Positions 60,114-64,000 of a stretch of DNA of 64,000 bases are shown in pieces. Origin of the DNA: Felis catus (lineage: Eukaryota); NCBI RefSeq assembly GCF_018350175.1, contig NC_058383.1:29824001-29888000 (forward strand), given 5' to 3'. Under the pieces are notes generated by a model. That model saw only the letters and a list, made by a program, of their open reading frames with translations. It searched no databases and was not told where the DNA came from. The position numbers were made by a program, and so were the translations under genes. Numbering within the stretch: the first letter of the stretch is position 1; each line of letters starts with the position of its first letter.

Positions 60114-60837
60114 TGAGAACATTTTAAAATACAATTACAATAGGGTCTGGTTTCTTTCCCTAGGAAATATCTACTAAGAAGTTAATTCATAAGTGATCCA
60201 GTTTTGCGAATTCCAGCATGTCAGTTTTTCTCCCATAAAACTAAGTTCTTGCTAAGCATTATCATTCCCGTAGTGTTCTAAGCTTTGTTTGCTCCAGATC
60301 AGCCTTACCAAGTGGATTCCGTGGGAGAAAGCTTTTCTTTTTCTTCAAAGTTACATTTTTTTTTCATGACTCACAGGAATTACTGCATCTTAGATGACTA
60401 GTGGACAGCAGTATTTGGTGGTCAACTGGGTCCATTCACTAATTACAACTCACAGAGACATAATGATCTAACAGTTGCTCCTTCAAATCATAAATGGGTA
60501 ATTTCAAATGATAGGACTAGTCATAAATGGTAAGAGTCAAGAAAGATAAATACCAACAGTTCACTGTTTTAGCAAAATTAACTGATATTTCTGCTTTAGT
60601 TTTGCACACGTTGTAAGATTAAGACCACTGTTGAAAAGAGAAACGTTCCTTTTAGCTGAAGTACTTAGGGGCATGGGAAGCCTCTTTTTTCTAGAATATG
60701 TAGCCATAACCCCATCTCCATCCCACTCCAGCTTGTCAGGAAGCCTTAGTTGCAGAACAAGTTCTATGAAATAAGCAGTTCAGAGGTGTCTGGCCTTGGA
60801 AATCCATGCACACTTTTCCCCTAACTTCCATGATGAT

Positions 60838-60955
60838 GGGGTACTTGTTAAGAACAGAGATTGCCCCATTTTTGCCCTTAGAAATTCTCATTCAGTAGAC
60901 CTGAACGGGAGCATAAGAATCTGTGCTTTTGACAAACATTTGAAACCATTTGTAT
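60838..60955. mobile_element. MER5-type fragment
   Basis: cttgttaagaacagagattgc...agaaattctcattcagtagacctg...aagaatctgtgcttttgacaa. Confidence 0.6.
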
Positions 60956-61204
60956 CATTGAGGAATTTTAATAAATACAGTGATGTGAGAGGAAACAGCA
61001 CTCTTTGCCCAAAGTGGGTTGACTTGAACAGGAGAAAGATCCCAACAGAAATCTGAAAGATCCTCAAGAAAGTTCCTTCTTAGAGACGCTGTGAATCCTT
61101 CTTCCCCTTTGGACCCCTTGTGGGCTTTCTAAAGTGACTACATTGGTTTACTCCTCTTATAGGCAACACAGCATCTCCTCTCCTCTCTTCCTCTTGTCTA
61201 TTAG

Positions 61205-61831
61205 AGATATGGAAGGTATATTTAAAGAAAAAAAAACAAATTGAGCTTCTGGGAATGAATACTTTAATGTCTGAGATGAAAAACACACTGGATGGTATTA
61301 ACAGCACATGAGATGTTGCAGAAGAAAAGATGAGTGAACTTGAAGGTGTAGTAATGGAAACTACCTAAAATGAAACGTATGTAGGAAAACACTCAGAAAA
61401 AAATAAGCAGCATGAGTGAGTTGTGGGAAACTTTAAGGGGTTCAATATATATGTGCAGTTGCAGGATAGAAGAAGAGATAGGCAGAAAAAGCAATTGAGG
61501 AAATAATGGCTGAAAAAATTTAAATTTGATGAAAAGTATAAACCCAAATCTAAGCAGCTCAGCAAAGACAATAAATATGAAGGTGGTTTATTGTAAGGCC
61601 TATCATGTCAAATTGCTTAAAACCAAGTGATCCAAGAAAATGTTAAGGCAGCCAGAGGAAAAACAGACATCGTGTACAAAGAAGCAATGTTAAGCATGAC
61701 AGCCAGCTTCCTAATCACAGCACAAGAAGACCATGGAGAACTTCAAAGTATCAAAAGAAAAAAGTTGTCAATCTTGAAATCTATACCTAGTGAAAATATC
61801 TTTCAAAAAAGCAGGTGAAATAAAGACATTC
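61205..61831 (+). mobile_element. Old L1 (L1MC/MD-like) ORF1 fragment
   Basis: gagatgaaaaacacactggatggtattaacagca...gcagaagaaaagatgagtgaacttgaag...gaaataatggctgaaaa...ggtgaaataaagacatt. Confidence 0.85.
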
Positions 61832-62449
61832 ATGGCACTTATAATGGCTGATTTTCTTTTTATAAAAAGAATGTATTTTTTCATGGAATCAATTTTTTAA
61901 TGGAAAACCAAGTCTGTCTTTTTATGTAATTTTTATTTTTCCTTTTTGGATGGTGTTTCTGCATCTCATTTTTAGAAGTGAGAGGGAGAAAATGCATTTT
62001 GGTAAAGTTAAAAAGAAACGTTTGGCATCGGTACCAGTGTCTGCCAAAACCAAAACACATTCTTCATAGTCTGCTCTGATCTCTGGTGAGATTATGGATT
62101 CCAGGACAAGTGTCCAAAAAGCCAATCTCCTGTTCCCTATAGGGACCTGACAGGGGGAAGATGAGATGATTGCAGCCTCTGTATCCTTGTTGAACTTCAA
62201 GTCTCCATGTGTCACACATTCTTAGGGAAGTGATTCCAAATTGTTCAAGATAGATGCCGAATAATGTCTAAAGCAATCATTTATGGCAGTGGGCATTAAT
62301 GACACTGTCATAACCAGCCAGAAAAAGTCACAAGCTAAATAAAGGGGGCCAGATCCAAGGCATTTTGTGATTTACACTTTCCATGCAAAATTTTAACATT
62401 GTCAATGTTGAAGGAGATTACCTCTAAGACAACAAGTATGGCAATCCAT

Positions 62450-62735
62450 ATATAATTTCAGCAAGCATTTATTAAGCACCTGCAGTATGGCAGCTACTAA
62501 GTTAAGCACTTACAATCAGTACAAACTCTTCTTGAGGAAGTTACAGCTTACATAAGAGGCAGGCATGGAAAACAGTTACAACACTGTTAGATGACTATGA
62601 ATAGAGTTCATCAAAGAATTATTAATTAGTTGAGCACTGACTATATACCAAGAACTCTGATAGATAGCAGAATATAAGACAAAACTCTGTAAAGCTTATG
62701 ACATAGCTGACGGGGTGCTATGGGAACAGAGAGAA
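62450..62735 (-). mobile_element. L2 3' end fragments
   Basis: caagcatttattaagcacctgc; ttgagcactgactatatacca; gggtgctatgggaaca. Confidence 0.55.
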
Positions 62736-62804
62736 AGGAGTTTATATCTTTCCCCCCATCCTTGGGCACTTTTGAACTATAATGACTTGTTTGGTGGGTC
62801 TGAC

Positions 62805-63010
62805 TTTTTTTTTTTTTAATGTTTATCTATTTTTGAGGGAGACACAGAGTGTGAGTAGGGGAGAGTCGGAGGGGGAGACACAGAATCTGAAGTGGGCTTC
62901 AGGCTCTGAGCTGTCAGCACAGAGCCTGATGAGGGGCTCAAACTCATCAATGGTGAGATCAGACGTAAGCTGAAGTCAGACACTTAACCAACTGAGCCAC
63001 CCAGACATCA
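62805..63010 (-). mobile_element. CAN-SINE
   Basis: TSD gtgggtctgactt. Confidence 0.93.
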
Positions 63011-63654
63011 CTTGTGGGTCTGACTTCTAATATTCCTTGGGTTTTTTCCACGTACTTGGAGAAGAAACCCTTTGGATGGCCTCAAAGAGAGTCATGATGC
63101 ATATAATAAACTATGCATGACTTATTTGATACTTAATTCACGGTTGTAATGGCAGCTCAATTATTTAAATGGTAGAAACCCACATGATTGTGCCTGGAAG
63201 AAATCTTAATTATTTAACCCTTCCTCCTGTTTCTCTCCCCACCAAAAATGAGAAGAGTGAGAAAGAAAACCTCTCTGATGGCATTTGACAGCTGTGTTAG
63301 GAATAGGGTCCCTTGTCCATTCCTGTAACACCTTCCAGCTGCCAGGAGCACAGCTGTGAAGTAGAGGGGATGAAAAATAAGTATGGAAAGCAGCAGGACC
63401 ACAGGTTTACTTAAAAAGTCTTAGCTGAAGAAGCATAGAGTTTAAAAGAGCAGCTGTTCAGGGATGAATTTCACCGTCCAGGGTACCAGATTACAAATGA
63501 TGGTCAGAAGCACCAAGAACAACAAAGAGAGCCCTTGGGAGGAGTTTTAGCTGCAGTAAAGGGAACCGAGAATACTTAACCTCAAAGGTCACATCATGCC
63601 TTTCACAAGCAGAGGATTTCTGTTTTTTGCTTTAGGAAACTCCATAATGGGCTA

Positions 63655-63885
63655 TGATGTAGGAATAGCACAGTGCTGGGAGTCAGGAAATCTGCAGTCA
63701 ACCTTCACCTTTTACTATGATATTCTGAACAGTCATTTGGTACTTCTGGACCTCAATTTCCTCATGTGTAAAATGTAATAAAACTACAATATGCCTTTCA
63801 GGGGCTCCATGAATATTAAACGAGAGAATTTGCTTGAAATGTATATTTTAAGTAATAAATTACTATATGCTTTAAGTAATAGATT
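63655..63885 (+). mobile_element. MIR SINE
   Basis: ctgggagtcaggaaatctg...cctcaatttcctcatgtgtaaaatg...attaaacgagagaa. Confidence 0.75.
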
Positions 63886-64000
63886 GCTATCTTTGGCTTT
63901 ATTATTATGGATGTGTTTCCCAATGTGAGATTTCTCACGGCATACTGGGTCCTAGTATTTGAGTCTTCTTGTCTGCTTTTGGTCCTGGGTCCCCAAGAGT

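Noticed and set aside
63420..63650. Possible CR1/L3 remnant
   Set aside because: The similarity is too faint to support without an HMM search.
1..64000. CRISPR array, operon, CpG-island promoter, NUMT, processed pseudogene or a novel multi-gene system
   Set aside because: The sequence is felid non-coding DNA. I saw no regularly spaced repeat-spacer array, CpG island, mitochondrial-like segment or mRNA-like segment.

Overview
This window is mammalian non-coding DNA, most likely an intron of a large gene or intergenic sequence. It comes from a felid (cat-like) genome, judged from about 37 copies of the carnivore tRNA-derived CAN-SINE (including four near-identical, CpG-rich copies of the young SINEC_Fc type) and one 5'-truncated felid L1 with a target-site duplication (TSD). 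The rest is a mosaic of ancient eutherian repeats (L2, MIR, L1M, MLT1/LTR16/LTR33/MER21-type LTRs, MER20/MER5/MER91 DNA elements, a MER121-like segment), microsatellites and repeat-free stretches. I recognise no host protein-coding exon. The long ORFs in the track come from SINEs, simple repeats or L1 ORF2. I found no convincing novel biological system. The most noteworthy observations are: a site hit twice by SINEs (triplicated TSD), several nested or inverted SINE structures, a ~965-nt almost pure pyrimidine expansion inside a SINE, an orphan A51 tract with a candidate TSD, a 12/17-nt microexon candidate, and several motif-rich candidate conserved enhancers. Repeat family names come from recalled consensus sequences, not from a search. 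Boundaries of old repeats are approximate.
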